This document shows positions 47,113-56,633 of a DNA stretch of 64,000 nucleotides, piece by piece. Origin of the DNA: Alphaproteobacteria bacterium (GTDB taxonomy: Bacteria > Pseudomonadota > Alphaproteobacteria > GCA-2731375); assembly GCA_965232515.1 (NCBI GenBank), contig CBDDPY010000002.1:5984001-6048000 (forward strand), read 5' to 3'. Position 1 is the first letter of the stretch, and each line of letters begins with the position of its first letter. Under the pieces are notes generated by a model, which was given only the letters and a program-made list of their open reading frames with translations, was not told the origin of the DNA and searched no databases. A program made the translations under genes and the position numbers.

Positions 47113-48279
47113 ATGCCGACCCTGAACCTGCCGACGTCGGATGGCGCGCTCGCGGCCTATACGACGCAGCCGGCGCGCGGCCTGCCGACGCGGGCGAACC
47201 GGCCGTTCAACCGCATCGCCTATTCGGCGGCGCATGTCGTCGCCGATCCGCTGGCCGATGTCGACCCCTGGCTGGAGCCGGCGCTGGACTGGGACGCGAC
47301 CATCGCCTATCGGCAGCGGCTCTGGGACCTGGGCCTGGGCGTGGCCGAGGCCATGGATACGGCGCAACGCGGCATGGGCCTGGACTGGAAAGCGAGCCAG
47401 GAGCTGATCCGCCGCTCGCTCGCCGCCGCCCGCGGCTTGCCCGGCGCGCTGATCGCCTGCGGCGCCGGCACCGACCACCTGACGCCCGACCCGTCGCTGA
47501 CCGTCGACGATGTCATCGCGGCCTATGAGGAGCAGGTCGGCTTCGTCGAGGGCGAGGGCGGCCGGGTGATCCTGATGGCGAGCCGGGCGCTCGCCGCCTG
47601 CGCCCAGTCGCCCGACGACTATGGCCGCGTCTACGACCGGATTTTGAGCCAGGTGTCGCAGCCCGTGTTGATCCACTGGCTGGGCGAGATGTTCGACCCC
47701 GCGCTGGAAGGCTATTGGGGCCATGGCGACCACATGGCGGCCATGGACGTCTGCCTGGATATCCTGAACCGCAACGCCGCCAAGATCGACGGCATCAAGA
47801 TCTCGTTGCTGGACAAGGACAAGGAAATCGCCATGCGCCGGCGGCTGCCGGACGGCGTGCGCATGTATACCGGCGACGATTTCAACTATGCCGAACTGAT
47901 CGCCGGCGACGCGGTCGGCTACAGCGATGCGTTGCTCGGCATCTTCGATGCCATCGCGCCCGCCGCCTCGGCTGCGCTCGATGCGCTGGCGGGCGATGAT
48001 CTTGAGACGTTCCACGGCGTGCTGGCGCCGACGGTGCCGTTGAGCCGGCATATCTTCGAGGCGCCGACGCGGTTCTACAAAACGGGTGTCGTGTTCATGG
48101 CCTGGTTGAACGGCCACCAGGACCATTTCGTCATGGTCGGCGGCCAGCAGAGCGCGCGGTCGCTGCTGCATCTGGCCGAATTGTTCCGCCTTGCCGACGC
48201 GGCTGGGCTGCTGGCGGACCCGGATCTGGCCTCGGACCGCATGCGACAGATCCTGGCGCTGCACGGCCTCGAGGGCTGA
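47113..48279 (+). CDS. DUF993 family (DHDPS-fold) protein
   Basis: AAHVVADP, EAMDTAQRGMG, GIKISLL and YTGDDFNY motifs. Confidence 0.85.
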   Translation: MPTLNLPTSDGALAAYTTQPARGLPTRANRPFNRIAYSAAHVVADPLADVDPWLEPALDWDATIAYRQRLWDLGLGVAEAMDTAQRGMGLDWKASQELIRRSLAAARGLPGALIACGAGTDHLTPDPSLTVDDVIAAYEEQVGFVEGEGGRVILMASRALAACAQSPDDYGRVYDRILSQVSQPVLIHWLGEMFDPALEGYWGHGDHMAAMDVCLDILNRNAAKIDGIKISLLDKDKEIAMRRRLPDGVRMYTGDDFNYAELIAGDAVGYSDALLGIFDAIAPAASAALDALAGDDLETFHGVLAPTVPLSRHIFEAPTRFYKTGVVFMAWLNGHQDHFVMVGGQQSARSLLHLAELFRLADAAGLLADPDLASDRMRQILALHGLEG

Positions 48280-48287
48280 CTGGACAT

Positions 48288-48309
48288 AATAACTAACTGG
48301 TTAGTTATT
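48288..48309. promoter_or_regulatory. Candidate TetR operator 2: AATAACTAAC-TG-GTTAGTTATT
   Basis: Perfect 10-bp inverted repeat upstream of the TctC-like gene; contains TAACTAACTGGTTA, one mismatch from the operator 1 core. Confidence 0.75.
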
Positions 48310-48393
48310 CTTGACGGCGGTCGAAGCGACTCCGCATGATTGCGCCATGAACCCGGCCTTGCTGAGCAAACGAGAACAAGGGGAATGACGTCC

Positions 48394-49404
48394 ATGAAAC
48401 GCTGGCTGCTTGCCGCGCTCGCCGCGGGCGCGACGGCCATGATGGCGGTATCCGCCGTCGCGGCCGATTATCCGTGGAAACCGACAAAACCGCTGACCAT
48501 CATCGTGCCTTGGTCGGCCGGCGGCTCGACCGACCAGGTGACACGCGTCATCGCCGGCGAGCTGGGCGACGCGCTGGGACAGAAGGTGGTGGTCGTGAAC
48601 CAGCCCGGCGCCTCCGGCTCGATCGGCACCAAGAACGCCTGGGAAGCGCCGAAGGACGGCTATACCTGGGCCGCGGGCGCGGCGGGCGATCTCGGCACCT
48701 ACGTGGTGCTCGGCATGCTCGACACCAAGATCACCGACTGGCATCTCTACCTGGATGTCGCCAACGTCGCCGTCGTCGGCGTCAACGCCGATGCGCCCTA
48801 CAAGGACTTCGGGGAACTGCTGGCGGCCATGAAGGCGAGCCCCGGCAAGATTTCGGTCGCGACCGCCGGTATCTCCTCCGGTGGCCACAACGCCATGGAG
48901 CTGATCTCGCAGGCGACTGGCGCCAAGTACAAGCACGTGACCTATGACGGCGGCAACCCGGCGGTGATTTCCACCGTCGCCGGCGAGACCGAGGTGACGA
49001 CGCAGCTCGCGTCCGAGCAGGCCGAGATGATCCGGGCCAAGAAGCTGCGGCCGTTGGCCGTGCTGGCCGACAAGCCGCTGGAGATCGCCGGTCACGGCAC
49101 GATCCCGGCGATCACCAACTGGATCCCGACGCTGCAGGTGGCGACGAACTATTTCGGCATCTGGGCGCCGAAGGGCATTCCCGGGGACGTCGCGAAGACC
49201 ATGGAGATGGTCTGGAAGGACAAGATCTCGTCCTCCGATGCGCTGATGAAATACGCCGCCAACCGTGGCGCGCAGTTCACGCCCTACTACGGCGATGAAG
49301 CGCAGAAGCGGGTCATGGGCATGATCCAGAATAACGCCTGGACGCTGTACGAAGGCGGTAAGGCGAAGATCAAGCCCGACACGGTGGGTATTCCGAAACC
49401 TTAG
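48394..49404 (+). CDS. tctC: Tripartite tricarboxylate transporter substrate-binding protein (TctC/Bug)
   Basis: Signal peptide; IIVPWSAGGSTD, VVNQPGASG and PKDGYT motifs. Confidence 0.88.
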   Translation: MKRWLLAALAAGATAMMAVSAVAADYPWKPTKPLTIIVPWSAGGSTDQVTRVIAGELGDALGQKVVVVNQPGASGSIGTKNAWEAPKDGYTWAAGAAGDLGTYVVLGMLDTKITDWHLYLDVANVAVVGVNADAPYKDFGELLAAMKASPGKISVATAGISSGGHNAMELISQATGAKYKHVTYDGGNPAVISTVAGETEVTTQLASEQAEMIRAKKLRPLAVLADKPLEIAGHGTIPAITNWIPTLQVATNYFGIWAPKGIPGDVAKTMEMVWKDKISSSDALMKYAANRGAQFTPYYGDEAQKRVMGMIQNNAWTLYEGGKAKIKPDTVGIPKP

Positions 49405-49415
49405 ATGTCGTCGTC

Positions 49416-49452
49416 GCGGCCGGGCGCAGAAGCGCGCCCGGCCGCCTTTTTT
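49416..49452 (+). terminator. Rho-independent terminator/attenuator between tctC and tctB
   Basis: 12-bp stem GCGGCCGGGCGC/GCGCCCGGCCGC followed by CTTTTTT. Confidence 0.75.
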
Positions 49453-49466
49453 CGGTTGGGGGCAGC

Positions 49467-49964
49467 ATGACGCCTGCGCGCATGGCGAAGGCCGATTTCG
49501 TGACCGCCATCATCCTGATCGCGGTCAGCCTGGGCGCCCTGGTCGAGTCCTGGCGCATGCCGCGCCTCGAACATCTGTCGATCAATCCCTATACCGTGCC
49601 GGGCATCGTGCCCGGCCTGCTGAGCGGCGTCCTGCTGCTGTTGGGCATGGTGCTGCTGGTGCGCGCGATCCGGCAAGGCGGCTGGCGGTTCGACGCCGCC
49701 ACGATGACGTCGGCCGTCGGCGCGCGGCTGGTCCTGATGTTGCTGTTGACGCTCGGCTATGCCGCTGGCCTCGTCGGCCGGCTGCCGTTCTGGCTGGCGA
49801 CCGGTCTGTTCGTGTTTCTTTTCGTGCTGCTGTTCGAATGGCGCGGCGACCGGCCCCCGGCGGGCCACCTGAAGAGCGGCGCTGTTGCCCTGGTGCTAGC
49901 CGTGGCGGTGTCGGTGGGCGTCAGCGCGCTGTTCCAGCACGTCTTCCTGGTCCGGCTGCCTTAG
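49467..49964 (+). CDS. tctB: TTT small permease (TctB)
   Basis: Small multi-TM protein ending FLVRLP, located between tctC and tctA. Confidence 0.85.
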   Translation: MTPARMAKADFVTAIILIAVSLGALVESWRMPRLEHLSINPYTVPGIVPGLLSGVLLLLGMVLLVRAIRQGGWRFDAATMTSAVGARLVLMLLLTLGYAAGLVGRLPFWLATGLFVFLFVLLFEWRGDRPPAGHLKSGAVALVLAVAVSVGVSALFQHVFLVRLP

Positions 49965-49968
49965 GATC

Positions 49969-51477
49969 ATGCCCGAAGGCCTCACGCTTTTCGCCCAGGC
50001 ACTTGTCGGCTTCCTGACGCCGGCGCAGCTTTTCAACGTGCTCTGGGCGACGCTGCTGGGCATATCGGTCGGCATGCTGCCGGGCCTGACGGCGACGTTG
50101 GGCATCGCGCTGATGACGACGCTGACCTTCAAGATGGCGGCGGGCGACGCGATTCTGATCCTGATCTGCATGTATGTCGGCGCGATCTATGGCGGCAGCC
50201 GCAGTGCCATCCTGCTGAACATCCCCGGCACGCCGGCGAACGCGGCGACCACGCTGGACGGACATCCGCTGGCGCGGTCGGGCCGCGCCGGCCGCGCCAT
50301 GGGGCTGGCGACCAGCGGTTCGGTGCTGGGCAGCGTCGTCGGCATCATGTTACTGGCGACGATCGCGCCGGTGCTGGCGGACTTCGCGCTTGCGTTCGGC
50401 GCTTTCGAATTTTTCTGGCTGGCCGTGTTCGGCATCGTCATCGCCGGCCATCTGACGGCGCTGCAGGACCCGCTGAAAGGCTGGATCGCCGGCTTCCTCG
50501 GCCTGCTGGTCGCGATGATCGGGCAGGAGGGCATCCACGCCTATCAGCGGTTCAGCTTCGGCTATCTCGATCTTGCCGGCGGCATCGGCCTGCTGCCGGC
50601 GCTGATCGGCGCCTTCGGTTTCGCCGAGGTGCTGATGGTGATGACCGACCCGTCCTACCAGGTGGTGCGCGGCAAGGTCGAATCCGTGATCCCGAAGCTG
50701 CGCGAGCTGTTCCGCTATTGGCGCAGCATCATCCGTTCCGGCTTGATCGGGACGCTGATGGGTCTGATCCCCGGCGTCGGCGAGGACATGGGCGCCTGGG
50801 CCTCCTATGCCGCGGCGCGGCGCGCCAGTAAGGAGCGTGACCAGTTCGGCAAGGGCTCGACCGAAGGCCTGTTGGCGGCCGAAGCCGGCAACAATGCCGC
50901 GGTGCCCGGCGCCATCATCCCGGTGCTGACGCTGGCCGTGCCGGGCTCGGCCCCGGCGGCCGTGCTGCTGGCCGCCATGTTCATCCACGGCGTGCGGCCG
51001 GGCCCGTTGATCATGATCGAGTTCCCGAGCTTCGTGTACGAGGTCGTGGCCATGGTCTTGCTGGCGACGCTGGCGATCCTGGTGCTGGGCCTGCTGCTGA
51101 CGAAGCCCTTGCTGCTGGTGCTGCGGGTGCCGCGCGAGCGCCTGATGCCGGTGATCTTCGTGCTCTGCACCATCGGCGCCTTCGCCATTGCCTCGCGCAC
51201 GTTCGACATCTGGGTCATGCTGTTCTTCGGCGTGCTGGGCTACGCGCTCCGGCGCATGGATTATCCGATGGCGCCCCTGGTGCTGGGAATCGTGCTGGGC
51301 AGTATTCTCGACAAGAGCCTGCGCCGGGGCCTGGTGCTGACCGACGGCGACCTGACGCCGTTCTTCACCCGGCCGATCAGCCTGGTGCTGTGGCTGGTGA
51401 CGTTGGTGACGATATTGTTGAGCTTTGGCGCGGTTCGACGGTTGGCGACACGTGTGCTGGCGGGGAGGCGGGAATGA
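49969..51477 (+). CDS. tctA: TTT large permease (TctA)
   Basis: GMLPGL, YGGSRSAILLNIPGTP, EAGNNA and RPGP motifs. Confidence 0.92.
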   Translation: MPEGLTLFAQALVGFLTPAQLFNVLWATLLGISVGMLPGLTATLGIALMTTLTFKMAAGDAILILICMYVGAIYGGSRSAILLNIPGTPANAATTLDGHPLARSGRAGRAMGLATSGSVLGSVVGIMLLATIAPVLADFALAFGAFEFFWLAVFGIVIAGHLTALQDPLKGWIAGFLGLLVAMIGQEGIHAYQRFSFGYLDLAGGIGLLPALIGAFGFAEVLMVMTDPSYQVVRGKVESVIPKLRELFRYWRSIIRSGLIGTLMGLIPGVGEDMGAWASYAAARRASKERDQFGKGSTEGLLAAEAGNNAAVPGAIIPVLTLAVPGSAPAAVLLAAMFIHGVRPGPLIMIEFPSFVYEVVAMVLLATLAILVLGLLLTKPLLLVLRVPRERLMPVIFVLCTIGAFAIASRTFDIWVMLFFGVLGYALRRMDYPMAPLVLGIVLGSILDKSLRRGLVLTDGDLTPFFTRPISLVLWLVTLVTILLSFGAVRRLATRVLAGRRE

Positions 51478-52502
51478 AGCCGTCCGTACTGCAGATCGGC
51501 TTCGGCGGTTTCGGGCTGACGCATCTCAAGGCCTGGACGGCGCTTGGCCATGGCGAGCGCCTGTATGTGGCCGATCCGTCGCCGGCGGCACGCGACGCCT
51601 GCCGCCGTCACGGCCTGTCCGAGGACCGCATTGGCGCTGACTACGAGGCCTTTCTCGAGGCTGTCGATCTGGTCGACGTGGTGGCGCCGACGGACCAACA
51701 TGGCGCGATCTGCGACCGGGCGCTCGATGCCGGCAAGGATCTGTTCATCGAGAAGCCGATGACCGCGACATTGGCCGAGGCCGAGCATCTGGCGCAACGG
51801 GTGCTGGCCGAAGGACGCGTTGCCCAGGTCGGATTCTACTTTCGCTGTCACCCGCTGGCGCAGGCGGCGCGAACGCGGGTACGCGATGGCGGAATCGGTG
51901 AGCTGCGCTATCTCTCGGGCCGGTTCCTTGGCTTCAAGCGCGCACGCACCGATTCCGGCGCCGTGCATAACGACGCGGTTCACTTCATCGATCTGTTCAA
52001 CTGGCTGACCGATGCCTTTCCGGTTCGGGTCTACGCTGTGACGCGGGACCATTTCGGCCGGGGGCGGGAGGACTTCGCACTGTTGCAGCTGACCTATCCG
52101 GGCGACGTGATCGCCAGCATCGAGGTCGGCTACATCCAGCCCGGCCGTTGGAACGACGTGTTCGTGCCGGGCGCGCGGGCGACAAAGGAGATCGCGGTCT
52201 GCGGCAGCGCGGGCGCGTTGGAAGCCGATTTCGTCACCGACACGTTCGTTATGCATGACGTGCATCACGCCGACAAAGACGGCACCTGGCGGCCGGTGTT
52301 CGGCGACCGGGTCGAGCCGCATTTCGGCGCCATCGATCCGGTCGACGTCGTCACGGCCGAGCTGCGGCAGTTCGTCGACAGCGTCGACCGCCGCGCGCCG
52401 CCCGAGGCCGGCGTGGTCAATTGCGGGGTTCGGGTGGCGCAGACGCTCGACGCGATCTTCGCCTCGGCCGCACAGGGCGTGCCTGTGGAAGTGGAGCACT
52501 GA
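51474..52502 (+). CDS. Gfo/Idh/MocA family oxidoreductase
   Basis: IGFGGFG, FIEKP and NDAVHFID motifs; ATGA overlap with tctA. Confidence 0.88.
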   Translation: MKPSVLQIGFGGFGLTHLKAWTALGHGERLYVADPSPAARDACRRHGLSEDRIGADYEAFLEAVDLVDVVAPTDQHGAICDRALDAGKDLFIEKPMTATLAEAEHLAQRVLAEGRVAQVGFYFRCHPLAQAARTRVRDGGIGELRYLSGRFLGFKRARTDSGAVHNDAVHFIDLFNWLTDAFPVRVYAVTRDHFGRGREDFALLQLTYPGDVIASIEVGYIQPGRWNDVFVPGARATKEIAVCGSAGALEADFVTDTFVMHDVHHADKDGTWRPVFGDRVEPHFGAIDPVDVVTAELRQFVDSVDRRAPPEAGVVNCGVRVAQTLDAIFASAAQGVPVEVEH

Positions 52503-52503
52503 C

Positions 52504-53331
52504 ATGCGTATCGCGCTTTGCAACGAGGTCGTCCGCGATCTGTCCTTTTTCGAACAATGCGAGCTGGCGGCGGGACTGGGCTATGACGGCATCGAGCTGG
52601 CGCCGTTCACGCTTGGCGAGACGCCGCATCTGCTGTCGGCCGACGATCGCGCCGCGCTGCGGCGGGTTGCCGAGGACAACGGCCTGACCATCGACAGCCT
52701 GCATTGGCTGCTGGTGACGCCCGCCGGCCTGTCGATCACGTCGCCGGACGATGGCGTGCGGGGACGCACCATCGATGTCATGTGCCGCCTGGTCGGTCTC
52801 GCGGCCGACCTCGGTTGCACCGCCATGGTGCACGGCTCGCCGGCGCAACGACAACTGGACCTGGGCGACGAGGACGCAGGCCGGGCCAGGGCGCAGGACT
52901 GTCTTGCCGCCGTCGCCGACGAGGCGGCCGCGGCCGGTATCGCCTATTGCATCGAACCGCTGGCCGGGCGCGAGACCAATTTCATCAATTCGGTGGCGGA
53001 GGCCGCCGCGCTCGTCGAGGCGATCGGCAGTCCGGGCCTGCGCACCATGGTCGATTGCAGCGCCGCTGCGGTGGACGAGGCCGAACCGGTGGCAGAGTTG
53101 CTGGACCGCTGGCTGCCGACCGGCATGATCGCCCATGTCCAGGTGAACGACCGGAACCAGCAGGGACCGGGGCAGGGTGACGACCGGTTCGCGCCGGTGT
53201 TCGCGGCGCTAGGACGGCACGGCTATGACCGCGTCGTCGCCGTCGAGCCGTTCGACTACCGGCCCGACGGCGCTACCTCGGCGGCGCGCGCTATCGGCTA
53301 TATCCGCGGCATTCTGGAGGCCTTGCCATGA
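52504..53331 (+). CDS. Sugar isomerase/epimerase (D-tagatose 3-epimerase-like TIM barrel)
   Basis: GYDGIELAP, IEPL, HVQVND, GPGQG and VEPF motifs. Confidence 0.87.
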   Translation: MRIALCNEVVRDLSFFEQCELAAGLGYDGIELAPFTLGETPHLLSADDRAALRRVAEDNGLTIDSLHWLLVTPAGLSITSPDDGVRGRTIDVMCRLVGLAADLGCTAMVHGSPAQRQLDLGDEDAGRARAQDCLAAVADEAAAAGIAYCIEPLAGRETNFINSVAEAAALVEAIGSPGLRTMVDCSAAAVDEAEPVAELLDRWLPTGMIAHVQVNDRNQQGPGQGDDRFAPVFAALGRHGYDRVVAVEPFDYRPDGATSAARAIGYIRGILEALP

Positions 53332-54752
53332 CGAGTACCCACGCGCCTGCGTTCAGCGTCGAGGAGGTGCGGCTCTACGAGCGCGACCAGAAGCTGCGCA
53401 TGCCGTTCCGCTTCGGCGTCGCGACGATGACGGAATCGCCGCAGGCCTATGCCCATGTCCGCATTCGCCTCGCCGACGGACGTGAGGGTTGGGGCGTCGC
53501 CGGCGAGATGCTGGCGGCGAAGTGGTTCGACAAGGATCTGTCGCTCAGCAACGAAGACAACTACCAGCAACTGCGCACGGCGCTCGGGATTGCCATCGAC
53601 GCCTACCGGGCAGCCGGGCCGGCGACGGCATTCGATCTGTTCGCCGGCAACTACCGGGCGCAGATCGACGCCGGTGCGGCGGCCAAGCTCAATCCGATCA
53701 CCGCCTGCTACGGGCCGGCGCTGCTCGACCGCGCGGTGCTGGACGCGCTCTGCCGGCTGCACGACGTATCGTTCGCGGATGCGATCCGGCGGAACCTGCC
53801 GGGCATCCGGCAGAGCGAGCTGACGCCGGATCTGGAGGATTTCGATCTCGACGCCTTCCTTGCCGGCCTGAAACCCGGCGACAGCATTCACGCGCGCCAC
53901 ACCGTGGGCATGGTCGATCCCATTACCAGCAATCCTGAGCCGGTGAATGACGGCTTACCGGAGACGCTGGCGGATGTGATCGCCACTTACGGCCATCGCT
54001 ATTTCAAGATCAAGGTCGGCGGCGACCTGACGGCCGACCTGGCGCGGCTGGCGGAGATCGCCGCGGCGCTTGACGTCATCGACGGGGAGTATCTCGTCTC
54101 GCTGGACGGCAATGAGCAGTACCGCGAGGCGTCCACCGTGATCGAGCTGCTGCGGGCGATCGCGGCGCGGCCGGAGCTGACGCGGTTCAGCGAATCCATC
54201 CTGTTCGTCGAGCAGCCGATCGCCCGGGCCGTGGCGCTGGAGGGCGATATCTGGGCGCTCAGCACCTACAAGCCGGTGATCGTCGACGAGTCCGACGGCA
54301 CGCTCGACATCTTCCCGAAGGCCAAGGAGCTTGGTTACGCCGGCGTCTCGTCGAAGACCTGCAAGGGCTTCTACAAGTCGATCCTGAACCGGGCGCGCTG
54401 CGAACGCTGGAACGCGCGGGCGGACGGGCCGCGCTATTTCATGTCGGCGGAAGACCTGACGACGCCTGCCGGCGTGACGGTGCAGCAGGACTTGGCGTTG
54501 GTCAGCCTGCTCGGCATCGGCCATGTCGAGCGCAACGGGCACCACTACATCAACGGCATGGCGTCGGCGCCGGCGGCCGAGCAGCAGGCCTTCCTGGCGA
54601 CGCACCCGGACCTCTACCACGAGGCCGACGGCACCGTGCGGCTGACGATCCGCGACGGACAGATCGCGCTTGGCTCGCTCGGCTGCGCCGGATTCGCGAC
54701 CGCGGCGATGCCGGACTTCGATTCCTTGCGTGAGATGCAGATCCCGGACTAA
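53328..54752 (+). CDS. Enolase/mandelate racemase superfamily protein
   Basis: FKIKVGG (KxK), LDGNE, VEQP and VDES metal ligands. Confidence 0.78.
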   Translation: MTSTHAPAFSVEEVRLYERDQKLRMPFRFGVATMTESPQAYAHVRIRLADGREGWGVAGEMLAAKWFDKDLSLSNEDNYQQLRTALGIAIDAYRAAGPATAFDLFAGNYRAQIDAGAAAKLNPITACYGPALLDRAVLDALCRLHDVSFADAIRRNLPGIRQSELTPDLEDFDLDAFLAGLKPGDSIHARHTVGMVDPITSNPEPVNDGLPETLADVIATYGHRYFKIKVGGDLTADLARLAEIAAALDVIDGEYLVSLDGNEQYREASTVIELLRAIAARPELTRFSESILFVEQPIARAVALEGDIWALSTYKPVIVDESDGTLDIFPKAKELGYAGVSSKTCKGFYKSILNRARCERWNARADGPRYFMSAEDLTTPAGVTVQQDLALVSLLGIGHVERNGHHYINGMASAPAAEQQAFLATHPDLYHEADGTVRLTIRDGQIALGSLGCAGFATAAMPDFDSLREMQIPD

Positions 54753-54820
54753 GCCGCCCACTTGCTTCCGCAACTTGACCGACGTTCAATGAGGCAAAGC
54801 AACCGATCGCGGGAGGGGAC

Positions 54821-55663
54821 ATGCAGATCAAGCCGCTCGGCGACGTGCTCGGCGCCGAGGTCGTCGGTCTCGACCTGACGACCGATCTTGCGCCCGATGT
54901 GATTGACGCGCTCACCGACGCCTTCCTGACGCATCATCTCCTGTGCTTTCGGTCCGCGCCGTTGCCGGCGGCCGACTTCGTGCGCGTCGCTCGGCATTTC
55001 GGCGAGCCGCAATTGCAGTTGCTGCGCTATCGCTGGCACGAGGACGTGCCGGAGGTATCGTTCCTGGAGAGCACTTACAAGACCGCCGAGGACAAGCCGG
55101 ACGATTTGCGCCAGGTGCGGCTGTCGGGCTGGCACACGGACGATTCCTATTTCGCGGTGCCGGCCAAGGCGACGATGCTGCAATCGCTGGCGATCCCCGA
55201 CAGCGGCGGCGAGACCAAGTTCGCCAACACGCGGCTGGCCTATCTCGATCTGTCTGATGCGATGAAAGCGCGGATCGATGGCCGGGGCGCCGTGCATGCC
55301 TACGACACGAAGCGGGCGCCGGCGCGGGCTGAGAAACGCACGTCGGAAGAAGCCGAGGAAACGCCGGATGTCGTGCATCCGCTGGTGCGCACGCATGACA
55401 ATTCCGGCGACCGGGCGATCTACTTCAATCCGAACCGCACCGATCGGGTCGTCGGTCTCGACCGTGCCGAGAGCGATGCGCTCTTGGACGCGCTCTACGA
55501 CCACGTCACGCAGGCGCGCTATCAGTACCACCACAATTGGCGGCTCGGCGACATCTTGCTCTGGGACAACCGGTCGCTGATCCATGCCGTGAACACCGAC
55601 TTTCCGGTCGGCCAGACCCGGCGGCATCAGCGCATTTTGCTAAAGGGATCGGCGCCCGTCTGA
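54821..55663 (+). CDS. TauD/TfdA family dioxygenase
   Basis: WHTD, GGETKFAN, HPLVRTH and WDNRSLIH motifs; GGAGG RBS. Confidence 0.92.
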   Translation: MQIKPLGDVLGAEVVGLDLTTDLAPDVIDALTDAFLTHHLLCFRSAPLPAADFVRVARHFGEPQLQLLRYRWHEDVPEVSFLESTYKTAEDKPDDLRQVRLSGWHTDDSYFAVPAKATMLQSLAIPDSGGETKFANTRLAYLDLSDAMKARIDGRGAVHAYDTKRAPARAEKRTSEEAEETPDVVHPLVRTHDNSGDRAIYFNPNRTDRVVGLDRAESDALLDALYDHVTQARYQYHHNWRLGDILLWDNRSLIHAVNTDFPVGQTRRHQRILLKGSAPV

Positions 55664-55679
55664 GCAGACCGCCGACGGC

Positions 55680-56471
55680 TCAAAAGCGATAGACGATGGC
55701 GGCGCCCGCCTCGTAGGTCACGCGCGACCCGAAATCGTCGATAAGCGGACTATCGGCGGCCTCGTCGCCGTAATACTCCACTTCGGCCTCGGCGCGGAAT
55801 TGCCAGTGATCCGAAATGTCGAAGCTGAGTTCGAGTCCGCCGGTCGCCGACTTGAAACCGCCATCCGGGTCATAGGCGCGAAACCCCGATCGACTGGCCT
55901 CGGCCTGGCTGATGCCGAATTCGGTGCGCATGTGCCGGCCGCTGGCGAAACTGATGTCGGCTTTCGGCGTCAGGGTCAGCCGGTCGCTGAAGGGATAGGC
56001 GTAGCGCGCGGCGAGGAAGCCGACCGTGCCCTTGTCCGACCGGCCGGTGTATTGCTGCAACTGCACGCCGAACTGCCATCTGTCGATGTCGTAGCGCAGG
56101 GCGGCGACGAACTCCGCGTCATCGTCGATCTCGTCGAGGTCGCGCAGCACATCATTGTCGTCGCGTTCCCGGCCTTCTTCGTATTCCACGCCGAGCTGCA
56201 ACGTGAGATCGTCGCGCAGATGCCAGAAGTACCCGATTTCCAGGAAACCGATGTAAAACCGGTCGTCGTAAACAGCGCGAAGGATCGGCTCCGCTTCGAC
56301 CTCGTAGTCGTTGGAGCCGGTGTAGTCCGGTTCGATCTCGGCGCTGAGGCCGATGGTCAGGTCGAGTCGATCCCATATGGTGGACTGATCCTGGGCAATC
56401 GCGATGGAAACCAGGAACGCGAAATAGGCGACGAAGACGGCGCCGATGAGAACAACAACGATACGTGTCAT
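55680..56471 (-). CDS. MipA/OmpV family outer-membrane protein
   Basis: Signal peptide; PDYTGS, EFGIS, AADSPLI motifs; terminal YRF. Confidence 0.85.
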   Translation of the reverse strand: MTRIVVVLIGAVFVAYFAFLVSIAIAQDQSTIWDRLDLTIGLSAEIEPDYTGSNDYEVEAEPILRAVYDDRFYIGFLEIGYFWHLRDDLTLQLGVEYEEGRERDDNDVLRDLDEIDDDAEFVAALRYDIDRWQFGVQLQQYTGRSDKGTVGFLAARYAYPFSDRLTLTPKADISFASGRHMRTEFGISQAEASRSGFRAYDPDGGFKSATGGLELSFDISDHWQFRAEAEVEYYGDEAADSPLIDDFGSRVTYEAGAAIVYRF

Positions 56472-56633
56472 TTGCCGATGTCCGTTTGCTGTGAATCCTG
56501 CAACGGCCATCGACTATGAGCATGGTGGGCGGCCCGGCAACGCGGCTTACTTGAAACGCATCGGTCATTCCCGAGTTGACGAACATGTCAATGAGACCTT
56601 AGTAAAATCAGAGACTTGTCGAATTCGCGCAGC

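Noticed and set aside
45931-48264. 777-aa antisense ORF and many similar long shadow ORFs
   Set aside because: Expected in high-GC DNA opposite real genes; they contain no protein motifs
56576-56591. TTGAC-N6-GTCAA as an FNR box
   Set aside because: The spacing and half-sites differ from TTGAT-N4-ATCAA
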